A stretch of 64,000 bases of DNA from Spirochaetia bacterium (GCA_963662795.1 OY759746.1:960001-1024000); one strand, 5' to 3'; shown: positions 41,301 through 51,735, numbered from the stretch's first letter. Numbers and translations: made by a program. The notes: a model not told the origin generated them from the letters alone.

Positions 41301-42708
41301 TTATTCTTTTCTCTTCCTGTGATACTGATAATGGAAGCAATATTTGTACCATAGTCCATTTTCCCGTCTCGCTTTCAACATTTATTTTTCCGCCATGCTG
41401 CTCAACTATCCTCTGGCTTGTTGTAAGACCAGTACCGGAACCTTCGGCTTTTGTTGAAAAAAACGGATCAAATATTTTATCAAGAGATACTTTTTCAATT
41501 CCTTTGCCATAGTCTTTAATTACAAGTTCCGCAAAACCTTTATTTATCCCTGTTGATACTTTTATAAGCCCTTTTTTTCTCTCTGAAGCCTGGATTGCGT
41601 TAAGAATTACATTGAGGATAACCTGTTTGAGCATTGACGCATCCCCTGTAACAGGCGGCAAATTCCTGTCTGCAGATATATCAACCCTGATCTGCTTGTC
41701 GTCTATCATTTTTTCGAGCAGTATAAATGTTTTGTCAATCAGGGTATTCAAATCTATCTGCCTGAATTCAGGGTCCCTTGGTTTCGCGAAATCAAGAAAG
41801 TTGTCAATAAAAGAGATAAGGCGCAGAACTTCCTCCTGAATGATTCCTGCGAATTTAATGATTTGCTTTTCTTCAGGATAATATATTTTAAGCAGTTCCG
41901 CAGAACCCTTGATTGGTTCCAGCGGATTTCTTATCTCATGGGCAAGGACAGAAGAGAGCTGCCCTACAATAGCCATTTTTTCATTCCTGATCCTTGATGT
42001 AATATTTTTATCCAGTCTTTCAGTCATGTTCCTGAAAGCCCTGGCAAGCTTTCCGACTTCATCATTTGAATTAGTGACAAAGTCCCATTTAAAATTACCT
42101 CCGGAAACTGACTCCGCCCCTTTGACAAGCTCCTTTATCGGTTTCGAAATCTGATTTCCCAGGAAAAAAGCAAGAAGCGCGCCTATCATAAGCGACATGG
42201 CGCCGAGCAGAATCATCTTTAACCACACAAGTTTTATAACATTGAGGTAGCTTTTACTGGTAAGTGTAATATGAAAGATCCCGATCCGCTCCTCTTCCAC
42301 AAGAACAGGGCTGTAAAACTCATATTTTACAAGATTATCTGTGCCGGTCTCTTTTTTCACAAGAGTGGATTTAAGATCTTCATCAATTATTCCGGGATTG
42401 TTTACTTCCCCCAGCCGGTCAATGTCGGTGTGCATTTTAACAATATAATTAGTGTCAAGCAGCTCTCCGGAAAGTACGTCGCTGTCTTTGGAAAGGGCAT
42501 CAAAATAAAGCCTGACCGACGAATAGTCGTAGTTGAGCATGGGAATTATTGAGGATACAGCAATAATTTCAGCCAGAACCGATCCTTTTTTCTCAATCTG
42601 CTCCTCAATAAGCCTTTTCTGGGTATTCGCTGAAAAAGCTACAAGGATTGTTCCTGTAACAAAAACAATAAGCACAATCGAAAGGATAATTTTGGTTGTT
42701 ATCTTCAT
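41293..42708 (-). CDS. HAMP-containing sensor histidine kinase
   Basis: Two TMs, short periplasmic domain, HAMP, AHEIRNPL, DYGKG, FFSTK.GSGTGL. Confidence 0.95.
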   Translation of the reverse strand: MKITTKIILSIVLIVFVTGTILVAFSANTQKRLIEEQIEKKGSVLAEIIAVSSIIPMLNYDYSSVRLYFDALSKDSDVLSGELLDTNYIVKMHTDIDRLGEVNNPGIIDEDLKSTLVKKETGTDNLVKYEFYSPVLVEEERIGIFHITLTSKSYLNVIKLVWLKMILLGAMSLMIGALLAFFLGNQISKPIKELVKGAESVSGGNFKWDFVTNSNDEVGKLARAFRNMTERLDKNITSRIRNEKMAIVGQLSSVLAHEIRNPLEPIKGSAELLKIYYPEEKQIIKFAGIIQEEVLRLISFIDNFLDFAKPRDPEFRQIDLNTLIDKTFILLEKMIDDKQIRVDISADRNLPPVTGDASMLKQVILNVILNAIQASERKKGLIKVSTGINKGFAELVIKDYGKGIEKVSLDKIFDPFFSTKAEGSGTGLTTSQRIVEQHGGKINVESETGKWTMVQILLPLSVSQEEKRINE

Positions 42709-42793
42709 CGCTGTCTCCGGATTATGAAATTATAAACTTCAATCAATGAAATTGCACTGTGAAAAAAGTTAAATTTTATCTATAATTATTTCA

Positions 42794-43666
42794 ATGTTTT
42801 TAAAAAGATACCTGTTATCAGCCGTTTTTATTATATTATTTTTCCCGCTTGCCTCGTCAGACGCTGATGAAAATAAAAGCCGCATTATTAAATTCGGCCA
42901 CGCCTACGGCGAAAATTCAGCTGTTATTTTCAACAAATACGCACCTCTCATACATCTGCTCTCAACTGAACTTGACCGTAAAGTTGTATTTGTTTTAAAA
43001 AATACATACGAGGAAATGCAGACAGGGTATCTTAACAATGAAATCGATATGGGAATAATCAATGCCTATTCTTTTGTCAACATTATGGATTCGCCATTTC
43101 TGATACCTATCGCGGCCAGGGTCAAGGAGAACGATAAAAACTACACAAGCCTCTTCATAGTCAGAAAAGACAGCAGTATAATGTCGATAGATGATTTAAA
43201 AGACAAGTCATTCGCATTCGGGGACCCGTATTCAACAAGCGCGTTCCTTGTACCGATGTATCATCTTGATAAATTAAACTTCACTCCGGTAAAATTCTTC
43301 AGAGAAACAGTAACTATACCAAAGCAGGATTCAATTATATATTCAGTGATGAATAAGACTGTTGACGGCGGAGCTGTTGCATCCTTCATCTTTAATGAGC
43401 AGGATGAAACTGTTAAAAATAAATTCAGGGTTATCTTTAAAAGCGATCCTTTTCCCCTGGGCCCTTTTGTCGTCAACTCAGGCCTTGGAGAAGAAATGAT
43501 CAATAAAACAAGAAATTTTCTTCTCGGACTTGAAGATTCCGAAGAAGGGAGAAAGGCCCTTCTGCAGGCAGACCTTGACCCGTTTACAATTGTTGAAAAA
43601 TCCGATTATGACTGGCTCAAAAAAATAGCTGAATCAGGTTATAAACTGGAAAGATCAGGCGATTAA
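42794..43666 (+). CDS. PhnD/SsuA-like periplasmic substrate-binding protein
   Basis: DLKDKSFAFGDPYSTSAFLVP, VDGGAV, typical of the phosphonate-binding family; no transporter genes adjacent. Confidence 0.85.
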   Translation: MFLKRYLLSAVFIILFFPLASSDADENKSRIIKFGHAYGENSAVIFNKYAPLIHLLSTELDRKVVFVLKNTYEEMQTGYLNNEIDMGIINAYSFVNIMDSPFLIPIAARVKENDKNYTSLFIVRKDSSIMSIDDLKDKSFAFGDPYSTSAFLVPMYHLDKLNFTPVKFFRETVTIPKQDSIIYSVMNKTVDGGAVASFIFNEQDETVKNKFRVIFKSDPFPLGPFVVNSGLGEEMINKTRNFLLGLEDSEEGRKALLQADLDPFTIVEKSDYDWLKKIAESGYKLERSGD

Positions 43667-43751
43667 TCAGCCCCCGGCAGTTATCATTCCATTTTTATAT
43701 ATATTTTTTCTTGAGTATTTTACGCTTTTACTTTATTCTTCTGAATTATTG

Positions 43752-44414
43752 ATGGAAACTGAAGGAAGAGAATTTTTTGACGTTGATCACACGATCACGC
43801 GTACATCAACTGCCATAAGCTACCTCATTCTAATGATAAAAAAGAAGCTGGTTCCCATAACCCTGCTTTCATCAGTTCCTTATGTATATCTCAACTATAA
43901 ATACGGAAAGATGAATGAAAAGCACTTTGACAGGAAAGTTCCTGAGATGATAGGTCTTGAACGTGAACTTTTTGACAATCTTGCCGTTGAAAATTTTGAG
44001 ATATATATTAAAAAATCAATTTATCCGAAAGCATTTGAATATATTAAACGCCTTAAGGATGAAGGTAAAAAGATTATCTTTGCCTCGTCTTCCATGGAGC
44101 TTGTCTTAAAGCCCCTTGTTGAGTATCTTGGGGCGGATGACCTTATCGCGACACGCGTTGATTTCAGGAACGGGAAATGCACAGGCACATTTATAGAATC
44201 GCCTGTATTTAAAAATGAGAAAAAAAGAAAAGTTCTTGAATATATCTCAGACAGGAATATTGTTCTTGAAAAATCCTCATTTTATTCAGACAGCATCCAT
44301 GACCTTCCTCTTCTTGAAGCAGTAGGCAGACCTGTCGCTGCAAATCCTGATATAAGGCTGAAATTTACAGCAAGAAAAAGAGGATGGGAAATTATCAACT
44401 TCAGGGAAAAATAG
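43752..44414 (+). CDS. HAD-IB family hydrolase
   Basis: FFDVDHT motif I; YSDSIHDLPLLEAVG.P.A.NPD motif IV. Confidence 0.9.
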   Translation: METEGREFFDVDHTITRTSTAISYLILMIKKKLVPITLLSSVPYVYLNYKYGKMNEKHFDRKVPEMIGLERELFDNLAVENFEIYIKKSIYPKAFEYIKRLKDEGKKIIFASSSMELVLKPLVEYLGADDLIATRVDFRNGKCTGTFIESPVFKNEKKRKVLEYISDRNIVLEKSSFYSDSIHDLPLLEAVGRPVAANPDIRLKFTARKRGWEIINFREK

Positions 44415-44450
44415 TATTATCCCTGAGAAAACATCATTTTCAAGCTATTG

Positions 44451-45254
44451 TCATCTGTATTCAATTTCAAGAAAAACAGGCTTATCAAGCGTAAGAAACC
44501 TTATTACAGGAATTTTAAAACTTACCCTGCTTCCGTTTATTTTCCCCCCGTCAGCGCGGGTCACTTTCCCTTTTACATTAATTTCAACATCAGCGTAGCA
44601 GTCTGATATTATTTTACCCGGGGCAGGACCTGTTTTGCCTGAATCTGCACCGCTGCCTCTTCCGCTGCTGTTTCCGTTTCCCAGAGAGGCGGCGTATTCA
44701 CCGAAAACATAGTCGGCAAGCTCAAGATATTCTTCCTCTGAATAGGGATTGTCAGTCTGGGGAGTGAGCCCTGCCAGAACCGGGTTATCCTCAAACGCAA
44801 AAGCTTTATTGAGTTTCCTGTAGTTATTCCTGTCAAGGTTAAAAGTAATTTTTTTTATTCCGCTGCTTTCTGAAAATGAAAACATCCCCGCTGCCGTGCT
44901 GCTTTTAATGCCTTCCGCATTGTTTTTCACAATAAATGAAAGCTTTAATTCAGGTCTGGAAGAGGATGCAGGCGAAATTTTTTCAAGCGAAATACCTTCA
45001 AGAGTGCTGAACGCTTCCTTAATCCTGTTTATGTCAAAATAGGATTCTATCTCAACTCCCGTTCCTGCCGCTTCTGACAGATCGTTGATATAGCTTGTAA
45101 ACATTTTTGTAAGCTTTATTTCAACATTACAGGAGATGTCGCCATTTTCCGCAACATTAATAACCTGCTTTGAGCTGCAGGAAGGAAATAAGAATGCCGC
45201 AGCTGATATAATCAATGAGATCAGTATAATACGGGAGATAAATTTATTGTGCAT
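44451..45254 (-). CDS. Hypothetical lipoprotein
   Basis: Lipobox-like LFPSC; Gly/Ser-rich internal linker. Confidence 0.7.
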   Translation of the reverse strand: MHNKFISRIILISLIISAAAFLFPSCSSKQVINVAENGDISCNVEIKLTKMFTSYINDLSEAAGTGVEIESYFDINRIKEAFSTLEGISLEKISPASSSRPELKLSFIVKNNAEGIKSSTAAGMFSFSESSGIKKITFNLDRNNYRKLNKAFAFEDNPVLAGLTPQTDNPYSEEEYLELADYVFGEYAASLGNGNSSGRGSGADSGKTGPAPGKIISDCYADVEINVKGKVTRADGGKINGSRVSFKIPVIRFLTLDKPVFLEIEYR

Positions 45255-45531
45255 GGATGAAATTTAGATTCAAACAGACAATTGGTCAACACATTTTATT
45301 CTGCCGCTATTTCCTTCCCAGAGGGGATTTTCGCTTTTATCCCTGAAATAACAAGTTTTCCGGCCGATACAATACTTACCTGGGTTATGTGATCCTCAGG
45401 CATAAATCTGTCTGCATTTGCTGTTTCCCCGGCTTTCATTGTACCGGTCATACTTTCATCATGCCCGTAAAGCCCCAGATGCAGATCACAAACATTATCA
45501 CCGGAATGCAGATACCATCCGCTGATTTTTA

Positions 45532-46086
45532 TCAGCTGTAATTTTTAATCAGCGACTCATAAAGCCTGTTGTATTTTTCATGAATCATTTTCCTGTCGAA
45601 TTCCCGGAATTCGGCAAGCATGGTATCAAGTTCATCAGAGGAAAAATACTTTTCTGTCTTCGGGAAAAATACCAGATCTTCTTTCCTGATATGGACCGGA
45701 TAGAAATCAATTAAAAAGGTAAGTTTTTCAGTAATTATTTTCATTCCGGAAAGATCGCCGCCGGCATACCGCCTGTTTGCCGCTACAAGTTCTCCTACAA
45801 CCTTTCTTGCAATAATATGTTCATCAACAAGCTCCCGCATCATTTTTGTGTCTTCGGCATTCATTTTTTTCTTTTCGAGTTCCCTGAACAGGATATCCTC
45901 CTCCTTTCCATGATGAGTCCTGTCTGCATAAATTTTTATAAAATCAACAACAGTATCAATAAAAACCGGATTTACTGATTTTGTTTTTTCTATAACAACA
46001 AGTTCTTTTTTTACAATATCAAGCATCTTTTCAATCAGCCTGTGCTCGATCATCATTGCTCCTCTTGGTTTCATCAGTCCCTCCAT
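45532..46086 (-). CDS. Hemerythrin-like (HHE) domain protein
   Basis: EHRLI, HHGKEE, EH, HIRKED metal-ligand motifs. Confidence 0.9.
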   Translation of the reverse strand: MEGLMKPRGAMMIEHRLIEKMLDIVKKELVVIEKTKSVNPVFIDTVVDFIKIYADRTHHGKEEDILFRELEKKKMNAEDTKMMRELVDEHIIARKVVGELVAANRRYAGGDLSGMKIITEKLTFLIDFYPVHIRKEDLVFFPKTEKYFSSDELDTMLAEFREFDRKMIHEKYNRLYESLIKNYS

Positions 46087-46264
46087 AAAAGATTATTCGC
46101 CTTCACAGCGCGCTATTACTGCACGATGACATATCCGGTGTACTATAATAATACTACAATTTTTGTCTGCGCGCAAAAACCTGTATTTATCCCGTACTTG
46201 ATTTTAGCCGTTTTTTGTTGAATGTTTAAAGAACATAAACATATCAGAGGAAGGGAAGCTATAT

Positions 46265-47047
46265 ATGGAAAACAGGGTAAGGCAAATACTGACAGGCGGC
46301 GGAAAAGCACTCGGCACATTTTTCGAAATAGGCGGATGCAGCGCAGTTGAATGTCTCGGCATCTCGGGGCTTGATTTTCTGATTATTGACACGGAACACG
46401 GCCCTTTTGATGTTGAAAGCACTATGGATTTCATAAGGGCCGCAGAACTTAAGGGAATAACACCGTTTGTAAGGGTAAAAGACGTCACCCGCCCTTCCAT
46501 TCTCAAAATGCTGGATATCGGCGCGAAAGGGCTTATTATCCCCTGCGTCAATACAGTTGACGAGGTAAGAAAAATTATTGAATACGGCAAATATTACCCC
46601 GCCGGGAAAAGAGGCTTTTTCTTTGGAAGGGCCGCTTCATACGGGTATGATGCGGCAGCGAAAAATATTGATACATGGTTTGATTCAAGCAACAGGGAAA
46701 CGCTTTTAATACCCCAGTGCGAAACAACAGGGTGCCTTGAAAACATTGAGGAAATTGTAAATACTGAAGGGGTTGACGGTATCTTTATAGGCCCCTACGA
46801 CCTTTCAATCGGTATGGGCAAACCTGCGCAGTTCAGCGACCCTGAATTTCTTGCCGCGGTAGACCGGATACTGAAAGCGTGCGCGGATGCGGGGAAATTC
46901 TCTTTTATCTATACTGTGAGCACTGCCGCTGCCAAAGAATATTTAAGACGGGGATTCAGCGGCGTTGCCGTCAATACAGATGTTTCAGTTTATATAAACG
47001 CTTTCAAGTCGATTATTAAGGAAGTAAAATCTTCCCTGCCTCTTTAA
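46265..47047 (+). CDS. HpcH/HpaI family class II aldolase
   Basis: IDTEHGP, LDIGAKG, P.GKRG, QCET, FIGPYDLS. Confidence 0.92.
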   Translation: MENRVRQILTGGGKALGTFFEIGGCSAVECLGISGLDFLIIDTEHGPFDVESTMDFIRAAELKGITPFVRVKDVTRPSILKMLDIGAKGLIIPCVNTVDEVRKIIEYGKYYPAGKRGFFFGRAASYGYDAAAKNIDTWFDSSNRETLLIPQCETTGCLENIEEIVNTEGVDGIFIGPYDLSIGMGKPAQFSDPEFLAAVDRILKACADAGKFSFIYTVSTAAAKEYLRRGFSGVAVNTDVSVYINAFKSIIKEVKSSLPL

Positions 47048-47600
47048 CTGACGCAACGGCAAAACCCGCCTTTTCAAGCCTCTCCCTGAGTGAGGAAACA
47101 AGCTCAGCGTTACTGCCTGCAGTTCCTCTTTCAAGGCTGCGCGAAACCTCAAACCCGGTGCGGACAAATAAGGCGCCCTTCCCGGCCGCGGCAAGATGGC
47201 TTGTCAAAGCCGGAGCTTCCGGCGAAGATCATTCCCCACCTGCTGCCTTCAGGGACTCTTTTAACCGGAAAATCAAGAAGTTTAAGATCCCAGGACATTC
47301 CCCATTTCACATCAAATATAAAGCTGAAATTGCAGGGGAGCTGCACAATCCCCCCCATTAATTAAGGATAAAGCTGTCTGGAGATGGCCTGTATCAAATA
47401 TTTCAAACGACGGCTTTGCGTTTCTCTCTTTCATCCGGCTTATCCAGTACCTCACATCAGAGACAGAATTGCGGTATACCTCATCCCCGAAATTAAGTGA
47501 GCCGATGTTGAGTGAGCCCATCTGTGCATGGGGATTGTCAACAGGCAGGATCCGTCCTCTGCGCCAAGATCTGAAAGGCCGCCGGTAGAGGCTTCAATTT
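47016..47600 (-). pseudogene. Kce/BKACE (3-keto-5-aminohexanoate cleavage family) pseudogene
   Basis: Fragments in different frames: IEASTGGLSDL / MGSLNIGSLNFGDEVY...KPSFEIFDTGH / FSFIFDVKWGM / GALFVRTGFE...SNAELV; at least 3 frameshifts; N-terminal HxH region not found. Confidence 0.82.
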
Positions 47601-47725
47601 CATTCTCCGGTGATATGTTACTCATTTTCATCAGTTATGTGCAGAGGAAAACTGTACGTTCAACTTCGCCGGCACAGGAATTTATCTCTTGATTTTCATT
47701 TCAGTGCCGTTCATAATTGTTAACC

Positions 47726-48580
47726 ATGAAAGGTCTGATTATAGCGGCAGGGTACGGCACGCGGTTCCTCCCTGTTACAAAAACAATACCGAAAGAGATG
47801 CTTCCCCTTATAAACAAACCCTCTATAGACTTCATAATTGAAGAGTTTGTAAAATCAGGGATAAGGGAAATACTGATAATCACGTCGAGACGTAAAAAGG
47901 CTCTTGATGATTATTTCGACAGGGAAATGGAACTTGAAGCAGTTTTTGAAAAAGAAGGAAATTCCGCAAAATTAAAGTCAATCAAACAGCCTGAGGCCGA
48001 TATTTTTTTCAAACGGCAGGAAGAGATGAGGGGGACAGGACATGCGATACTCGAGGCATGGCCTTTCATCGGGAATGAACCTTTCGTAGTAGCATACCCG
48101 GATGACCTTCACTTCGGGGAAAAACCTCTTGCTTCACAGCTTATCGGCACTTATGAAAAAACAGGATGTTCTGTTTTATCCGCACTGCATAACCCGCCGG
48201 ACCTTCAGCGATACGGCGTTCTTGCCCTCGCCGGTGACGGGCTTCATGTAACAAATATTGTAGAAAAACCTTCCCCCGGGGAAGAACCGAGCAGGGAAGC
48301 CTCTATCGGGCGGTATCTTTATACGCCTGATTTTTTCCCCCTCCTTAAGGAAGGGTGGGATTTACATCTCGCGTCAGGCGGCATTGGAGAGTATTTTCAC
48401 GTCTATGCCCTTAAAAAGCTTATGGATGCCGGTAAAGTTGTATTCAAATCGATAGAAGGAGAACGCCTTGACACAGGTTCTCCTTCAGGATACCTCAGGG
48501 CAATATTAAGATACTCGATGAGCAACCCGGAACTTAAAAAAGTCCTTAATGAAGAGTGCGGGAAACTGTGCAGGGATTAG
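47726..48580 (+). CDS. galU: UTP--glucose-1-phosphate uridylyltransferase
   Basis: AAGYGTRFLPVTKTIPKEMLP, GTGHA, VEKP, GRY. Confidence 0.92.
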   Translation: MKGLIIAAGYGTRFLPVTKTIPKEMLPLINKPSIDFIIEEFVKSGIREILIITSRRKKALDDYFDREMELEAVFEKEGNSAKLKSIKQPEADIFFKRQEEMRGTGHAILEAWPFIGNEPFVVAYPDDLHFGEKPLASQLIGTYEKTGCSVLSALHNPPDLQRYGVLALAGDGLHVTNIVEKPSPGEEPSREASIGRYLYTPDFFPLLKEGWDLHLASGGIGEYFHVYALKKLMDAGKVVFKSIEGERLDTGSPSGYLRAILRYSMSNPELKKVLNEECGKLCRD

Positions 48581-49539
48581 AAAAACTTAAATGCTCATTT
48601 ATCGGGCTCGGCAGGATAGCGAGCCTTCTTGAGGATGACCCTCTGCGTGAAAAACCCTGCACTCACGCGGGGGCAGTATCGTCAAATCCGGACTGCGTTA
48701 TAGCAGGCGGCTGCGATAACGTCAGGGAGAGGCGGGACCTTTTTTCCAGACGGTGGGACTGCCCTGTATTCGAAGATCCGGTTGAAATGCTTGAGAAAAC
48801 TGATCCTGATATTGTATTTATAGCGACCCACCCGGACTCACACCTGGAAATGACGCAATACGCCATAGCACGGGGCGTCAGGGTTATTGTCTGTGAAAAA
48901 CCCCTTGCCGATACACTGAAAAAAGCTGAAAAACTTTCCTCATGCCATAAAAAGGGCCTTGCTAAAATTATTACCAACCACGAGAGGCGTTATTCCGGGG
49001 ATTATATCCTCGCGAAGAAAAGAATTGAGGAAAAAACCTACGGCAACCTTCTTTCAGTTTCAGCTTTCCTTTACATGGGAAAAAACAAGCGGATTATTGA
49101 AGTCATGTGGCACGACGGAACACATCTTGCTGATGTTATCATGTACCTGACAGGCAGTATGCTAAAGAAGAAAAAAACAACAGGGAGCCTCAGGAGTAAA
49201 ACCGGAACAGTTCATATTTCGGCGGAAGCCGGGAAGCTGCCGGTGCTGATACAGTGCGGAGCGGGAAGGGACCATCTTGTATTCTCATTTGAGCTTTCTT
49301 TCGAATCCGGGATGATTAGAATAGGTAATGGTATATATGAGGAATGGATAAGCGGGGAAAGCCCTTACTACAGCGGTTTTATGTCATTGATCAAAAAAGA
49401 GACACCATTAATGGAAAAAACAGGGTACTTTAAAAACATGGTTAAAGATGCTGTAAAGGCTGCAAGGGAACCTGAATACAATCCGGCTTCAACTGCCGTT
49501 GACGGATACAGGGCGGTAAAATTTCTCTCATCGCTTTAA
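48556..49539 (+). CDS. Gfo/Idh/MocA family oxidoreductase
   Basis: IGLGRIA Rossmann motif, CEKPLA, NHERRY, HDGTHLAD; start uncertain. Confidence 0.88.
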   Translation: MRETVQGLEKLKCSFIGLGRIASLLEDDPLREKPCTHAGAVSSNPDCVIAGGCDNVRERRDLFSRRWDCPVFEDPVEMLEKTDPDIVFIATHPDSHLEMTQYAIARGVRVIVCEKPLADTLKKAEKLSSCHKKGLAKIITNHERRYSGDYILAKKRIEEKTYGNLLSVSAFLYMGKNKRIIEVMWHDGTHLADVIMYLTGSMLKKKKTTGSLRSKTGTVHISAEAGKLPVLIQCGAGRDHLVFSFELSFESGMIRIGNGIYEEWISGESPYYSGFMSLIKKETPLMEKTGYFKNMVKDAVKAAREPEYNPASTAVDGYRAVKFLSSL

Positions 49540-49556
49540 ATGCCTGAATCTGTTTA

Positions 49557-50300
49557 TCACAATAATTCCGAGAATAATTTTATTCCGTTCCTGCCGTTTC
49601 CCTTGACATGATAAAGAGCAATATCCGCCCTTTTGATTACATCTTCAATATCGTTGTCTTCTTTAAGTAATTCAGCCACACCAATACTGACAGTAATGCT
49701 GATTAATCTATCATTACCGATTTTAATTTTTCTGTTTATAATTTCCTGCCTGAGTTTTTCCAAAGGCAAAATTGATGTTTTTTCTTCACAGCCGGGAAAA
49801 ATAATTATAAATTCATCACCGCCGTATCGGCCGACAATATCAATTGCCCTGAGGATGCCTGATTTTGTTAAAATATCACCTAATTCCTGTAAAATCATAT
49901 CACCGGCAAAATGACCGAAGGAATCATTAATTTCCTTGAAAAAATCTATATCCAGCATGGCACATACAAATTTGTTTACATTTTTTTTTCTGTCGTAATT
50001 TTTCCGTGTATAGTATTGAAATTCCTTCCTGGAGAGCATCATAAATCCGCGCCTGTTAAGGAGATTAGTCAATTCATCAGTAACACTTATTCTTTCTATT
50101 TTCTGATTCAGCTTCTCAAGTTCTTTTCTCTGGCGCATTATAATCTGTATTTTCTCTGTCAGCGCGTATGTAAGCGTTGATAATTCTTCTGTTTCCCTCA
50201 GGCGCGCATCTCCGGCCATTTTAGCGAGACGCTTATAGTATTCCGCTTCATTTACTTTTTGTTCGAGCTGCTCTTTAAGCTCATAAGATACAATATCCAA
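49557..50300 (-). CDS. Diguanylate cyclase (coiled coil + GGDEF)
   Basis: TDELTNLLNRR, DIDFFKEIND, RxxD I-site (RAID) and GGDEF; GAAGGAG RBS supports TTG 50300. Confidence 0.93.
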   Translation of the reverse strand: MDIVSYELKEQLEQKVNEAEYYKRLAKMAGDARLRETEELSTLTYALTEKIQIIMRQRKELEKLNQKIERISVTDELTNLLNRRGFMMLSRKEFQYYTRKNYDRKKNVNKFVCAMLDIDFFKEINDSFGHFAGDMILQELGDILTKSGILRAIDIVGRYGGDEFIIIFPGCEEKTSILPLEKLRQEIINRKIKIGNDRLISITVSIGVAELLKEDNDIEDVIKRADIALYHVKGNGRNGIKLFSELL

Positions 50301-50370
50301 ACAGAACTCCTTCAAAAATTGTTTTTATCTGTACCACATCCCCGCAAAATCATAACCTGCCGGAAACAAT

Positions 50371-51591
50371 TTACTGTGAAAACATTATAAGCACTCCCGT
50401 CCAGTCGAGACCCCGGGTCTTTTTTACAAACGGGGCAATTTCAACACCGGAGTAAAACCCGAACAGAGGAACATTGTTGGCATTGAAAACACTTTGTACT
50501 TCTGCTGCCTCATCTGTTACAGCTTCAGAGGCAGCTTCCTTCCTTCCTGCGCAGTCAATATAAAATCCCCACCGGGGTATTTTCCCCTTTTCTTTTATTT
50601 CCCTGAAAATATTTTCTGTATTGGTTCTTGCAGAATCAATAATTGTTTTTGAGTCACGGAGCATAAACTGAATTTCTTCTCCGGCTTCAAAGTCTGTTTC
50701 AAAAAGAATGATACCCGATTTATCCGGTAAAAGACCGAGAATCAGACGCGTTACATAATTTTCCTCAATAAAATCCAGGCCGAATTTTTCACCATGGTTT
50801 TTTCCAATGGCAAGCCGTTTTACAGGGGTCTGCTTCTGCCAGTCTTTATTGCCGTACATTTCATTTATAACTTCTACAACAGGCCGGTTGTCAAGTTCAT
50901 AAATAACCGGCCCTTCGATTTTTGTAATTGTGTAATAAAGACCGTCTTTCGGTGTGCAGCCGTGCATAATTTTCCAGTCAGACTGAATGTCACCCCGTAA
51001 AAGAAGCGCGGCGGCATTCTGCGTTTGAACACTGTCTCCTGTAAACTGTATCGAGGATGAAAAATTGTAGTCCCCGATCAAACCTCCTCCAATAATCAGA
51101 ACATCCTTATCAATTATATCTTCCATGCCCTGAATCAGGGGTTTTGAAGAATTAATAACCGGAGGCCCATTTTCCCCCGAAGGAGTTTTTAATGAATCAT
51201 AAAAAAAAAGGAGAGTATCACCGTCTTTAAATGAAAACAGGCCTGCCAGATCACGGCCTGTCTGCCGCTCATCCTTATCAAGCCCTGAAGCTGAAGCAAA
51301 CTGCAGCTGAATATCATTATCTTCTATTACAACAATTCCTGCCGGATAATTCTCGTATGAGATAGTGCTGTTTGTAATTATCCCGATACCTGATCCTCCC
51401 AGAACAGGAGTTCCGGCCCCCAGCACTTCCCTTATCCCGTACAGCAGATCCTGTGCGTTTACAGAAGAACTGCAGAATGCGATGGCAAATGAGGCATTTT
51501 TAATTCCTCCTGTTTCGACAGCCTGAGAAGCAATTTTTAAGCCGGAAGTTTTTGCATCTTCTTCATTATTAAATCCGATACCAATTTTCAT
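50371..51591 (-). CDS. Stand-alone FIST-domain sensor protein
   Basis: LGGSG.G, IIGGG..D, ELDNRP, IDCAGR, GFYSGVEI, matching FIST_N/FIST_C. Confidence 0.88.
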   Translation of the reverse strand: MKIGIGFNNEEDAKTSGLKIASQAVETGGIKNASFAIAFCSSSVNAQDLLYGIREVLGAGTPVLGGSGIGIITNSTISYENYPAGIVVIEDNDIQLQFASASGLDKDERQTGRDLAGLFSFKDGDTLLFFYDSLKTPSGENGPPVINSSKPLIQGMEDIIDKDVLIIGGGLIGDYNFSSSIQFTGDSVQTQNAAALLLRGDIQSDWKIMHGCTPKDGLYYTITKIEGPVIYELDNRPVVEVINEMYGNKDWQKQTPVKRLAIGKNHGEKFGLDFIEENYVTRLILGLLPDKSGIILFETDFEAGEEIQFMLRDSKTIIDSARTNTENIFREIKEKGKIPRWGFYIDCAGRKEAASEAVTDEAAEVQSVFNANNVPLFGFYSGVEIAPFVKKTRGLDWTGVLIMFSQ

Positions 51592-51735
51592 TTAATCTCC
51601 AGTCCATTAATTTAAGAAGTTAAAACTATCGCAGCCTTTATTTCCCTGAAACCCATGGTAACTTATATAACTATTATTTTATTTATCATTAAACTTATTT
51701 GTCAACCACATAATTACCCTCTATATTAAGGGATA

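Noticed and set aside
47350-47356. Phase variation of the Kce gene via the G7 tract
   Set aside because: Additional frameshifts and the missing N-terminus mean slippage alone cannot restore the gene.
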